DNA from: Hydrolagus colliei
Lineage: Eukaryota
Direction of reading: 5' to 3'
Assembly (NCBI GenBank): GCA_035084275.1
Contig: CM068769.1
Span: 2,294,001 to 2,358,000 of the forward strand
Length of the DNA stretch: 64,000 nucleotides
The notes beneath the pieces are model-generated. The model did no database searches. It had not been told where the DNA came from and saw only the letters and a program-made list of their open reading frames with translations. Position 1 is the stretch's first letter. Each line of letters opens with the position of its first letter. Shown in pieces: positions 37,891 through 50,603 of the stretch. The translations under genes and the position numbers were made by a program.

Positions 37891-40800
37891 CAACAACATC
37901 TTCCATTTATATAGCGCCCCCCACGCCGCGCAGCGTCTCACAACACAAATACATTAGTTTGGAAAATAAGTTCCTTGAATCTCCCCGCCTCTGATTGTCA
38001 GTTGAAAGCTTCTGAAGTCTGGCTCTCATTAAAGGGATCGGCCGCTTCTCCGAAAATCGCCTGCTACCATCTGACACGTGCCGATATGACAAACTTACTA
38101 ACAGTGATTTTAAGACTTCCATAGTATTGAGATATTTTCAGCAGCAAAGGAGGTAAATACTGAGTAAATATTGGTGATTCTGGCCATGTATTCCTACATG
38201 ATCTGTTATCCTGCTGACCTAGAGATGGCACATGAGGAAACGCATGGTTTACAGCATACCAAGCCACCCCTAGCAATCGATCCAGTAATCTTCATTCACC
38301 TTACAAACTTTAGCTGCTGGAAAGTACTTGTTACACGAGCGAAATCCTGGTCTCCAGGTGAGACAGAACTCACAAAATCCTGTAAATATTCAATACAGTG
38401 GCTTAAAATGCTACAGATAAGTAGTGGGTTAATCTTGTTTCGTCTATATTGTTCTTTCCTTTGTTAGTTCCGATTTTGAATGTGGTGAAATACCACTGTA
38501 AAATACCGCTGTGGTATAGTCCACTCCCCACTGCGGATTCACTCCTGCTGGACAGGCAAAGGACAGATCTCACGCTGGTTATGGTCTGAAACTCTCCTGA
38601 GATGTGACTCTCTCTAAAGAGAGCGGCGCTTCTCAGAAATTCAAATCCAACCAGTCTGACAAATCAGTGTTTATTTTTCTGACTGACAGAGCTGCTGAGG
38701 TTCACAACAATCTACCCAGAATCAAAGAAGTCAAAAACTTCTAATTGTTGTTTTATTTTAATTGCATTTATATTGCCCAAAAAATAACAGCCAGGTTCCT
38801 ACTGACTGCTGTGTAAACGGAGGTGTGTGGAGCCGAATGATTCGCCCTTTACAGGAATAAATCCCAGATCCTCACGCTTGGAATGCAATTGCTCTACCCA
38901 CTAAGATACACAAGACTTCAACTTCAGTGCTTTGGGACGTCCTCCCAACGTGAAAGGCGCTCTGTAAATATAATTTTGCTGTTGTGGTTGATGAGACACC
39001 CTGAAGCTCCCTGACGTCACCAGTGGAACAAACCATCACCATCAGACACTGAATTGAGAAAAGCTTTAAAGAGAATCGTATAGAATTGGAAGAACATTAG
39101 ATTTAGCAGAGAGTTGCTCACCTGTGACTACTGGGATGGTCTGAGTTGCTCCCCCAGGTTGGCCTGTTCATTAGTGACTGGCAATCCCCAGCTGCGTGAA
39201 CAGGATTAGGCCTCTACAACAGTCAGGAGGCACTTCCTGGTCTCCTCCAGCAAACCAGCACCAAGCTGTTGGTAATGTGAGCAGGGGTGGTTCTATTAAT
39301 GTGTGCGAGAGACGCACCTACATGCGTTACTTCCAAGTTCAGCCAGTGGCAAACATTCCATTTCAATCACTCCTGACATTTGTCTCTCAAATATGGAGCG
39401 TCGCTTCTTGTAAAAAACTAAATGGAACCAGTTTGACAAGTCTCTGCCTGGTTGCTTCACTTACAATGTTTTAAATGTTTCACAAACATCGGAAATGAAC
39501 TAATAAGTTCAAAACAAATGTTTTATACAGAATACAACGAGATGTCCGAAGCGAGAATGTTATTCCTGCTATAATAGTGTTGAAATATGATCTGGTCCTC
39601 AGACCAACTGTACCAGCTTTCAGTTAGGGCTGAAATCTGATCTGCAGTAGAGTTAATCTGAGGAACAAAGGGCCATTATAAAACAAGGCAGAAGTGACAT
39701 ATATGCCAATGTGTGTGTTAACTCTTTCACTGCTGACCATGGATTGTAAACAGCAACAAACACTTGGTATACAGGGGACATTGCACTAATTACAATGGGA
39801 GAATGAGTCACAATAACATGATACAGTCCCTCTAATCTCCATCTAAAATCACCATAAAAATTACAGTCTAATCGCGTTCTCGCTGTTCCTCCCAATAACC
39901 TGTCCAATCCCATTATCCCACAGGTTTAATTCTGTTTTCAAACTTGTTCCGGAGAACTACACAATTCACTCCCATTCACCCTCTTCCTCCTAGTGTGGGG
40001 CAGGAAGTTTAATTTCTAATCGATTTCTTCCTCCTATTCCCCATGTAGAACACAATATAATCGGCTCCTTTCTATTCCACCCCTTAAACCACACACAGTG
40101 GCTGTTGCACACACAACCTCAATGATCCAGTTGGGAACCTTGCACGTCTTTACGACACTGAAATTAAACTTCCTACACCACACTAATGCGTTAACCCTCT
40201 AAGCGTTTCCACACCTCCGCAGCATTGCGTTTGTGTGCCATTCTCTCACAAGTCATGCTGACGAAACACTCATACTTACAGTCAACCAGGCTTTACTTTG
40301 CAAACATGCTGCTTCATGATGTTCACATTAACGTTAGTACTGATATGGTGATTGACATTACTGCTGAATAGTGTTTGATTGGTTCGTGTTACATACTCAT
40401 TCATCCAGGAATAAAGACTGTAATTTATCAACAATCAAAGTTGCATTTATTTATAACAATTACCGAGGCAATTAGAATGCTTAACCAAATTATGTAATGG
40501 TTAGAAACATTTGGGTTAGTAATGGGTTAATGCGCGACTGTTCTGTAGAAAGGCCTAGTTTGTGAACATATGATTTTTACCTTCATTCAGATGAAGGAGC
40601 TCCAGTGGGCAAACACTTTTTGTGTGAGCTCTACTGATGGGATGGGATGCAACTGATCAGGGTTGTGATCAAGATTCCAGTGAAAAGGAAACACTGGGTA
40701 GGATTATGGACGGCAAATGATGTAAGATTCTGTTGTCAAATGCGATAGACCTCCAGAGAATTGCGATAGTAGCGAAATATATAAATATGCATATGAGACC

Positions 40801-41021
40801 CTCATGTAGCTAAAGCAATGTGGTTAAAATGGGAAATGCTAACTGTTACAGCATCTGGGATCAGAAGGTCGCAAACGCAACAATTTTCTCACATGGATTC
40901 AGGCTATTTTTCTGGAAGGATATCATTCATCCACCGATCTAAAGTCAAATCATTAGCAGTATATTCTGTTTAGTGCTTTAACAAATGCGACAATTATTAT
41001 TACATTTCCAGTGCTATTTTA

Positions 41022-41155
41022 GAACTAATAAGGGATGAAGCCATGCTGGATTTGGTGATCAGTAACGTGCCAGCAGCAGTTAATAATCTGAGAGTACGGG
41101 AACATCTTGCAAATAGTGATCATCATATGATAGCATTTGACAATTGGCTTGTAAG
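41022..41155 (+). mobile_element. CR1 endonuclease C-terminal fragment
   Basis: RDEAMLDLVISN...VREHLANSDHHMIAF (SDH motif of the APE domain). Confidence 0.7.
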
Positions 41156-41569
41156 GCAAACAATGATGGCATGAGCGAGCAGGCCACCACCGAGAGAGCG
41201 AGGCACGTTGTCAGCGAGAAAGACCAGCCATGCAACAGGGAGTGAGACCGGCACCGAGTGAATGAGCCGCGCAGGCGTATTGAAGACTTTACAAAATACA
41301 ATTTATTTTTTAAATTGTTATAAAAGATGACCAGCTCTTGTGACTAACGTAAAAGGATTTTCTGAACTTGCCTGTCCCACTTTCGTTTCCGAAGACCCGT
41401 TCCACGTTGATTCCAGAAAAACAAAAATCCGCAATTGATCACCTGTAAAGGGACAACGATATTCCCGATACAACATTCAGATACAACTCTTACAACGTTA
41501 ATTAAGAAAACAAATAATTTACCTTCCATGTTACTATTAGGTAAATTCGTAAAATCGACAGGAAGAAAA

Positions 41570-41765
41570 TAATATAATAATATTTGCATTTTAATACAGC
41601 GCATTTCACGTCTTCTGGACATCTCAAAGCGCTTCATAGAATACACTGTAAAGTGAGTTGGCTCTACAGTTGTGGGGGAAACGTGGCAGGCAACTGTACA
41701 CAGCAGCGTCCAACAAATCACCATTTAAAAGAAAGATATTCTTATTAGGCGTGTGGAGTATGTTA
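41570..41765 (-). mobile_element. Deu-domain SINE 3' part
   Basis: Reverse complement of the AAGCGCTTTGAGATGTCCAGAAGACGTGAAATGCGCTGTATTAAAATGCAA tail. Confidence 0.7.
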
Positions 41766-42224
41766 ACTCTAATTATTAATTATCAATTGCCTCATGTGAT
41801 TTCCCTCCTGCTGGACAGGCAAGCGACAGATCGCAAGCGAATTATGATCTGGAACTCTTGCGAAATATGACTCTCACTCAAGGGAGCGGCGCTTTTCAGT
41901 ATATATACCCGTCTGACAAGTTGAAGAGATGATAGTAAACACAGTAAAGAAAGTGATAAGGTTAACACGTCATTGGCAAATCACGGTATGGTGAATATAT
42001 CGAAAGAGCTGTTGAGGTTTACAACAACAACAACGACTTCGATGTATATAGCGTCCTACACGCCGGACGGCTGTAAAGTGACTAGAAGAATTTACCGAGA
42101 TTCAAAGTAATAACATCTATATATCATCATTTTTTCTCCTGCCATCCTCTGAAAACTCGGTCTCACAATCAATTCACATACTTCGCTACTTTGCCTTCTT
42201 CACGGCACAACGTCGAGTCCATCC

Positions 42225-42523
42225 AACTCAGTAGTTAGAGCACTCGCCTTCTAAGCGAAAGACTTGTGTTTAATTCCACGCAGGAAGAAACCATGGACAA
42301 ATTTCCTCACTCACCATGAACAATAATAGAACTTCCAAAACAAACACAATAATAAATTGATCATTTCAATCCAAGACTACTTGTGGGACGTTGCTTTGCG
42401 TGGTTGATTGCCCCGTTTCGCCCCAACAAACACAATCATTTTAATTTACTGTGTATTCTGTGAAGCACTTTCAGACATATAGAAGATGTGAAAAGTGTTA
42501 TACAAAATGCAACGATTGTTATT
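42225..42523 (+). mobile_element. Deu-domain SINE
   Basis: CTCAGTAGTTAGAGCACTCGCC head, with matching body and tail. Confidence 0.75.
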
Positions 42524-44414
42524 GTTTCAATTTATATATCCTCCACTTCTACCTTCGTCTACCATCCCAAGAGCGGAGAAGTAGGACAATATAAGATGGG
42601 GCCTATGGATCAGAGAAGGGTTTGTGAAAAGTGGGGGAAGAAAACTAGTTGGGGTAAGAGCAGTAATTACTCGAATAAATGACCAACCGGTTTCACGTTA
42701 ACTGATATTTAAGCAGAGGCTTGTGGAATAAGGAAGATTGTCAAATGTTTTGGCCTGCTAGATCTAGTATATATGTGCTTACCAGTGATCACCAGGATGT
42801 GCTGAGATGCTCGCCGGGTTGAGTAAATTCCCTGTGACCGGAAACCGCCAGCTCCTTCAATAAGGCCTCTTATTGAAGGCCTTATTGAAGGAGATTTCAG
42901 TAAATCACTGTGGCTGTTTTTCTGCTGAGAAACTAAAATCTGATTCATGCAAGGGAGCGGTGCTGCATGTACAAAAACAAATCAAACAATGTGTCAAGGC
43001 GATGCCTGCTTGCTTCAATTAATGGATTACTTTATTGTTTGTCACATTCTGCAGGAATTGCAAATGATGCACATTTATCTAAAAATAACTCGAACCAATT
43101 TGATATGGCGAAGCCTATTTGCTTCACTTGGAACGATTTTAGTGGTTTAGTCACCAGGATGTCCATAGTAAAGCAATCTGTGAACTATCAGCATTTTAAA
43201 AAAAACACAATCAAACGGCCACAGATAAATAGCATGTTTATTTGGTCTGGCCTGGAGTCTGAGCTGATGTCCAGTTACACTAAGGAGCAAAGCTTAATTA
43301 AACAGGGTTGAAATGAAGTATATTCCAATATCTGGTGTAACACCTTCATTGATTTGCTATTATGCTTTTACACCGATTCACTGATTCACAGCAGCAAATG
43401 TTTGCTCTGCAGAAAAAACTTCACTAATTTATAATGGGGGAAATGGACCATAATGACATTATGCTGTTTGTTGATTCTCTGCCTGTGGTTAACTCTCCGT
43501 AAACTTCATTGTTTAATCACTCTTCTCCCGATTATTCGTCATACAGAACACCTTCTAATCTGTTTCTAATATATCATCCAACATACTTAACCACGTTACG
43601 GTCTTTCTTCCACTTAACCAAACAAATTATTCCGGTTTTCATTCCTCCAAATATGGAACACATCCTCTCTATTCCTTCCAATAATGCACACACAGTAGCT
43701 AACGTAGGCTCTTCTCTGACGAATACACTGTCTTTATACATTAGGCTAAAATCCTGAGAAGTGCTTTCCTGTGTTTGAATGGCAAAGTGATACAGAACTA
43801 TTTACAAGGAAGGCTCGTTTATGTTTGCTGTGATAATGCTCCTTACCACACACGGACAAATGCCCAGCAGTTAAAGGATTCCACATTATGATTACGGTGG
43901 CTTAAAGCAATGAATGGAAAGTGTGGGTTAATTTGTAGAAGTTACTATGTGTCTAATTTACTGACAGAGCTATTAGGTTTTAGAACAATCCGCACAAAAA
44001 CAAAGAAAGACAAATCACTTTCGTGTGTTCTGATATGACAAAATAAAACTTTACATTAATATATAAATAATTATTTACATGAAAACAAATATGATATATG
44101 TATAACCATTTACGTATACATGTAGGGTAGCTATCAAGATAGATGTCTGCCTAATAATCAAAAGGACAAAAAAAAAACGGCAAAAGTGCGAGGTTTACGG
44201 CTTCAATCCTGACGTACGCTAAAATATTTCAGGTTGCATTAGGGGCGCTTTATAAATGCACGTCACTTTTGTTGATAGTAAGCTCTCCAAAGAAAACTCA
44301 GTATTACTATTGGTCATTTCAATATACAACTGTCTGTGGTCCACTGCCATGCGCAATTGGTTGTCACGTTTCCCCAATAGAAATACAGACGATTGACTTA
44401 ACAACATCAAGACA

Positions 44415-44965
44415 CCAAATACTACAGATGCTGGAAATCTGAAACAAAAATAGAAGTTGCTGGGAAAATTCAGCAGGTCAGGAAGCATCCATAGTGAATG
44501 CAAAGTGAGTCACCTTTTCGGGTCCACGACCCTTCCTCAGAATTGGGGCATGTTGGGAGAGAGAGATTTTGAAAGACAAGTTACAGAGGGGGAGGCAGGA
44601 CAAGGAAGACAAAGGAAAGCATGTGCCAATTGATGGGTTAACTAGGTTATAACAGTGGTGCAAAAGTGTGTGGGTTCAAACAAAACTGCGGAAAAGAGTT
44701 GTTAATGGTGGAAAACAGACTAAACCCCAGAAAATCAATGATGACTGTAATGGGGGAGGGGGCGATTCTGTAGTTTGAAGTGGCTGTTATCAATGTGTAT
44801 GCCAGGTGGCTACAGAGCCCAGCAGATAGGTAAATTGCTGTTTCTCAAGCTTTCGCTGTGTTTCGCTGAAATAGCTCACGAGACCAAGCAAGTAGAGTTC
44901 TGCCTCTGAATATGTTTGTGAATTGAAATGGAGGGATAACGGAAGATCAGGGATGACCTTACGTT
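44415..44965 (-). mobile_element. Penelope-like element 3' remnant (GIY-YIG C-terminus and terminal repeat)
   Basis: DLPLSLHFNS...LLGL...ETQRKLEKQQFTYLLG resembles the C-terminus of chondrichthyan Penelope ORFs; terminal GATGCTTCCTGACCTGCTGAATTTTCCCAGCA motif; related short piece at about 22565-22660. Confidence 0.7.
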
Positions 44966-45239
44966 CCTTTAGCTGACTCCTCCCCTGCGGCCGTGTTTCT
45001 CTATCTGTCGTGTCAATGTCACTACCCAATGTAAATTCTCCTTTGGTGTGCAAACAATTCAATCTTTCAATCCACGGCTGTTGTTCATGCATCACTGCGC
45101 GCAATCGAATGAATCGTTTCAACAACAAAAATATGCAATAAATTAACTTGACTGTACATTCTGCGATGCGCTTTCAGACGTCGAGAATACGTGATTAATG
45201 CTGCATGAAATGCAAGGATTATTAATAGAATGGTTACTA

Positions 45240-45720
45240 AATTTAAATTGATAGTGATTGGAGCTACTGAGGCTTTCAGTGTTGTCAGTGAGAATCATAA
45301 TATGGAGTTTTCACAATGTGCAACATGGTGTCGGCGTTCGATTTGTTAGCAATTGATAGAATAGCGAATAGTTAAAGAAAAAGTTCTACACGAAATATTA
45401 GTAAAATATTAGTTAATGAAAATATCAATACATCTTAGGTAACTGTTCACAAATACACGATTCTGTCACTTTTCAAGACCAAAATAATCATATTGCACAA
45501 ATAAACCACAAGCAATTTCAGGGAAATATTTAATTTATTAGGTAAGAGATTTCACTGCTGAATATTTCACAGGCAGCCAGCATCACTGGGGCCAATTTGC
45601 TGCCGAGAAACTAAAATCTGATTCATATAAGGGATCGGCGCTCCTTGTACAAAAACAATTCAAACAGTTTGTCATGTCGATGCCTGCTTGTTTCATTTAA
45701 ATTGAATATATTATTGTTTG
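45240..45720 (+). repeat. Local direct repeat (second copy about 49890-50320, partial third about 42915-43085)
   Basis: Shared ATATGGAG.TTTCACAATGTGCAACATGGTGT and ACACGATTCTGTCACTTTTCA blocks. Confidence 0.8.
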
Positions 45721-47296
45721 TTACATTCTGCAGGGATCAGAAATGACTCACATTTATCTCATATTGCTGCGTAGAGTCTCAGCTAAGAGAGAGATAACAT
45801 ATTTTAAGTAGACGAACATGATAGAAATTTAGAGTAATTGTTCCACCTTCCGTTTGATATTCCATTGAATTACAAGTGCATTGCTGCATTGAATAATAAT
45901 AAAATTCTGAGAGGCGGTTTTTGATGTTTCAGCGACATAATAAGGGGCTGTATTAATGCACATCTGGTACGTATTTCGTGTGCAAAGGCTCTGCACATCT
46001 CATGGAACAACAAATTCATATAGTCCTGTTATGTCGAGATAGTATCGGGGAAAAGCAGTTTATCTGTACAATCTCGTAAATGTTCAATTCAGTAGTTCGT
46101 AGAGTTTATCTATGAATTATACAAACATTCAGCAGCAAAATACTCAATGGTCGGACACTCCGTTGCATATTTGAAACACTGATCTAAGTATATCAGTGTA
46201 AACCATTGCTTCTCTTCCCTGGCTCACCAATTGCAGGATTAAAGGCAGCAATGTGGGAGCAATCCTTAATTCTAATATTCCACTTATTTTTACAATAGGA
46301 AATATAAAGCGGTTTGAGGCAAAGAGAGAGAGAAAAGTGAAACCTAAACGTCAAAATGCCTTCACAAGAGAGGCAGAAGTCAGATAGAATGCCTAGGCCA
46401 GAGAACAGAGGTCAAGTAGGAATTGGAATTTCAGTATTCCTTAGTTACAGAAGCAGAACTCTGAGCGCTCTGCTACGCCGTCCGTTGTGCAGCGCCCCAT
46501 ATGAATCGAAGTTGTTGTTCAGATTATCGAACTCAAACGACTTAAGGATACCTTGGCCAGAGAGGCAAAATTCAGAGAGAGATAATTAAAATTTGAATTT
46601 CAGAATGTTTCGGTACGACAAGCAGAAGTTTGAGAGGAAGAATGTAACTTTAATCTTCAGAATGCCTTGCATAGAGCGGGAGAAGTCAAAGTTAAGAAAT
46701 TTAAACCTGGGATTTCCTGGCTGAGAAGGACACAGAAATTCATTTATCTTAAAATACCAATTGTGCTTTGGGATAAACGATGAAAAAGGAGCAGGAAGAG
46801 CGTTAAAGCATAGAATAAAACGGACACTGGCTTTGTGATGCTTTAAAAAACAAAGGTATGGTAAAGGCTAGTGAACTGAAACTTAAACCGTAATTGGAAG
46901 AAATTCCAAGGAAATGTGAACAGGGAGAGATAGGTGAGGAAAACAAAATTTAAAAACCTGTCCCATTATATCCAATTATTCAAAAAAAAACTGAAGGGTG
47001 ACAGCGATGAAGTGGAAGAATTAGCTAGACTAAAATTACCATACGATGCACTGCAGACACAAGCGATGTTAAGTATTATTCCCAAATTTGATGGGAAACG
47101 TGATGCACACAGTCACTTAAATGAGGTGAGCATATAGCAATACAAACACCAACCGCAAGTACAAAAAGGCCAAGCAAAGAGAGTGAAAACTTGCTTCTTG
47201 AGTTTGTTCAGTGATGGAGATGAGAAAGCCACGTCATCTGGTGCAGCGAACCAGCGAACAAATCTCCTACATCTCATTCACTGCTCATTCTCTGGA

Positions 47297-49410
47297 CAAC
47301 AGCAACAACAACAACAGTTTCTATTTATTTAGCGCTCTCCAAGCCGGACAGCATCTCGGAGCGCGGCACAACAACGAATCCCGGGATCGAGCCAGTGGCA
47401 GGAGTAGAAAGATGACCAAAGGAGCGGTCAAAGAGAAAGGTTTTCAGCTGGGATCTGAAGCTGAGATAAAGGAGGCGAGGCGAAGGTAGTGAGGAAGGGA
47501 ATTCCAGATCATCGGGGCGTAGTGGCTGAAGACATGGGAGACGAGGGTGGAGCATAGTATTCGAGGGACAGGGAGGAAGCCAGAACCATTGGAGCGATGG
47601 CAGCGGGTGCTAGTTTGAGGAGAGAGGAGGCCAGAGAGGTAAGGGATGCAGAGGAGTGGAGGAATTTGAAGAGAGGAGTGAGGATCTTGAAGTCGATCCT
47701 CTATCGGATATGGAGCCAGTGAAGTCTGGCAAGGATTGAGGTAATGGGGGAGCGAAGTTTGGTGCGGGTGAGAATGCGTGTGGCAGAGTTTTGAATTAGC
47801 TGGATATTGTGCATTGTGGTGGAGAGTAGACCGGCGAGGAGGGCATTGCAACATTACAGCGGAGAGGTGACAAAAGCATGGACAGGGTTTCAGCGGCTTT
47901 TCAGTCGAGTTATTCCCTGTGTCGGGCGATCCGTATGAGGTGGAAGAAAGCGGTGCTGGTTAGGGACAGGATGCGGGGGAGGAAGGACAGTTGGAGGAAG
48001 AACCTGATGCCAAGGTTGAGCACAGGTTCGGAGAGTGTTAGCGGCAGGCCGGAAAGGTGGAGGAGGTGAGAGCCGTGTGAATGGAGACGTTGACGAGTGC
48101 CAACGAGTAAAGCCTCCGTGTTGTCGACACTCATGTGCAAAGAATGTTTTGCTCGTCGGGCCCCTGATGTCTGAAAGGCAGGCTGACAGAACATCAGGGG
48201 ACTGGGGGTCGCAAAGTGAAATGGAGATATAGAGTTGGGTGTCATCCGCGTACATGTGGAAGTGTGCCCCATGTCTGCGGATGATATCCCCAAGAAGGAT
48301 CGTGTAGATGAGGAAAAGCAGGGAACCAAGGATGGACCCCTGGTGTACACCGCAGGTAACCGGGTGGGTGCGGGAGGAAAAACCGTTGGTGGAGTTGTAC
48401 TGCTGGCGGATTGTGAGGTAGGACTTGAACCAGGCGAGTGCGGACCCACTGACGTGGATGATGGAGGACAGGCGGTGGAGTCGGATGGCGTGATCGACTG
48501 TATCGAACGCAGCGGACAGATCGAGGAGAATATGGAGGCAGAGGGAACCCTGGTCACAGATAGAGAGGACATCGTTTGTGAATTTCACAAGCGCGGTCTC
48601 GAATTTGGGCAAGGCAGAAACCAGATGGAAACCCGCCTGGAAGGGTAGGATCTGGGAGTGGGAGGAGAGGTCAGTGCTGAGTTGGGTACAACAACGCGTT
48701 CCAGTACTTTTCGTAGAATCATAGAATTTTATGGCACAAAAAGAGTCCATTCGGCCCATCTCGTCTGTGCCGCCTCTTTGAAAAGAGCAACTCAATCCCA
48801 CTGGCCCGCCTCTCTCCCCATAACCTCAGACTAGTTCTCCCTAAATAAAGATCTAATTCTCTTTTAATTCTCTTTCAATTCTCTTTGGAAACGAAGGGCA
48901 GGTTTGAAATAGTGCGGTAGTGGCTGGGGTTTGAAGGATCCAGGAAGGGCTTCTTAAGGAGGGATGTGATGGCAGCAGTTTTGAGGGGGGCAGGGACTGA
49001 TCCAGTGAAGAGCGACTGGTTGATGATATCGGCCAGCAGTGGACAGAAGAGGTGAACAGTAGGTTGGTGTCCTATGGGGTCGAGGCAGCAGGTGGTGTCC
49101 TTCATGGAGGTGAGAGTTCGTGAGAAGGAGGAAAGACAGACTGGGGAGAAGGAGTGTAGGCAGGGGGTCGAGGCAGTAGCGGATGACGTGGAGGATGAGG
49201 AGGATGGAGTTGGGGTGGTAGTGGGTGACGAGAGGCAGGAGTGTGACGCTGCCTGGCGGACATTATGGATTTGGCAGGAAAAGTATTCCATGACCTCCTC
49301 GCACTTCGCATTTGAAGTGAAGATAGATGGGGCCTGAGGGGGTGCACAGAGGAGGTGGTGGGTGGTGGAAAAGAGCTCTTCGGAATTGTTGTTTGCTTCC
49401 AGTATACTGT
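47297..49410 (-). mobile_element. L2 LINE, 5'-truncated, frameshifted RT
   Basis: LKTAAITSLLKKPFLDP...YRTISNLPFVSK; LLDLSAAFDTVDH; GVHQGSILG; HMYADDTQLY; (GTT)n tail. Confidence 0.93.
48714..48870 (-). mobile_element. CR1 3' end nested in the L2
   Basis: TAGAATCATAGAATTTT...CCATTCGGCCCATC matches the CR1 3' end at 57658 and splits the L2 RT frame. Confidence 0.85.
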
Positions 49411-49589
49411 TGGTGATGGTGGCCGTTTTCGCACAGTGTCACTTTGAGTTTGAGAAGGGATTTAATTGGAAATTGATCGGCATGAATTTGTTTGACCTGT
49501 TATCAGTGAGTCAATGAATAGGCATCATTTTTTTCAGTGAAGCCTGTGGGGTGATATTATTGACATATTTATGTGAACTTGTTTTTTCG

Positions 49590-49885
49590 GTCCTAATCTT
49601 CCTCCCTAACCCTAACCCATCCCACCTTTCCCTCCCTCTCCCCCCTAACCCTCTTTTCCCCATTTCTCCCCTGGCCCCAATTTCGCGATTGTTTGTGGGG
49701 ACACTGCTGTGCGCAATTTGGCTGCCGCATTTCGCCCACAAATATACAGTCGACTTTCCTGCTTTTCTTCCCCCTACCTCGACCCCTCCCCTTTTGCTTC
49801 TTTACCCCCTTTTGCCCCTAGTCCCACTAGTCGAGAAGACGACCTTAATGCTGCACCAAATGAAAGGATTATTGCTAGTATGATT
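49590..49885 (+). mobile_element. Deu-domain retroelement fragment with pyrimidine tracts
   Basis: GCTGTGCGCAATTTGGCTGCCGCATTTCGCCCACAAATATACAGTC flanked by C/T tracts. Confidence 0.65.
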
Positions 49886-50319
49886 ATTAAAGTTAAAATT
49901 GACATTGATTGAAGCTACAGAGACTTTCGTTACTGTCAGTGAGAAGCATGATATGGAGATTTCACAATGTGCAACATGGTGTTGGCGATGGGTTTATCTG
50001 CACTCAATAGGACAGCGAATATTTGAAGAAAAGCTCAACCTGAAGTTGCAGGTAAAATTATAGTGGCTGAAAAACACGATTCTGTCACTTTTCAGGATCA
50101 GAATAGTCGTAATGCACAAAGGACTCACAAGCCCTTTCTGGGAACTGTTTAACCTATCGGGTAAGAAATTTTACGACTGAATGTTTCAAACGCAGCCAAC
50201 AACCCGGGAGATATTTGTTCTGCTGAAAATCTTCAATCTGACTCATATAAGGGAGCGGCGCTCTTCGTACAAAAACAAATCAAACAGTTTGTCAAGTCGA
50301 TACCTGCTTGTTTCACTTA

Positions 50320-50603
50320 AGGATGTAATTTGTGACTTTCACAAGCACAGTCTCTGTTCTGTGGGCAGGGCAGAAACCGGATTGGAGGGGATCGAAGTGG
50401 GAGTGGGAGGAGAGGTGGGCGCGGAGTTGGTTTGCAACAATGCTTTTGAAAGGAAGGGCAGGTTATATATAGGGCGGCAGTGGCTGGGGTTTGAGGGATC
50501 TAGGGAGGGTTTTTTAAGGAGAGGGGTGATGGCAACAGTTTTGAGGGGGGCAGGGACTGATCCTGTGGAGAGGGACAGTTTGATGTTCTCAGCCAACAGT
50601 GGG
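50320..50603 (-). mobile_element. L2 internal fragment
   Basis: SLSTGSVPAPLKTVAITPLLKKPSLDPSNPSHCRPIYNLPFLSK. Confidence 0.85.

Larger units (their letters stand above)
34950..40630 (+). repeat. Left arm of inverted segmental duplication / higher-order repeat
   Basis: Collinear reverse-complement similarity to 55470-62650 (e.g. 36250-36350 vs 61835-61940; 40440-40625 vs 55475-55660). Confidence 0.85.

Noticed and set aside
46210-46235. Minus-strand TGGTGAGCCAG as a tRNA-Arg primer-binding site
   Set aside because: The match is short and partial, and on the opposite strand to the gag-like frame.
47890-48801. 303-aa ORF as a host gene
   Set aside because: It is a chimeric frame of a CR1 3' end plus frameshifted L2 reverse transcriptase.
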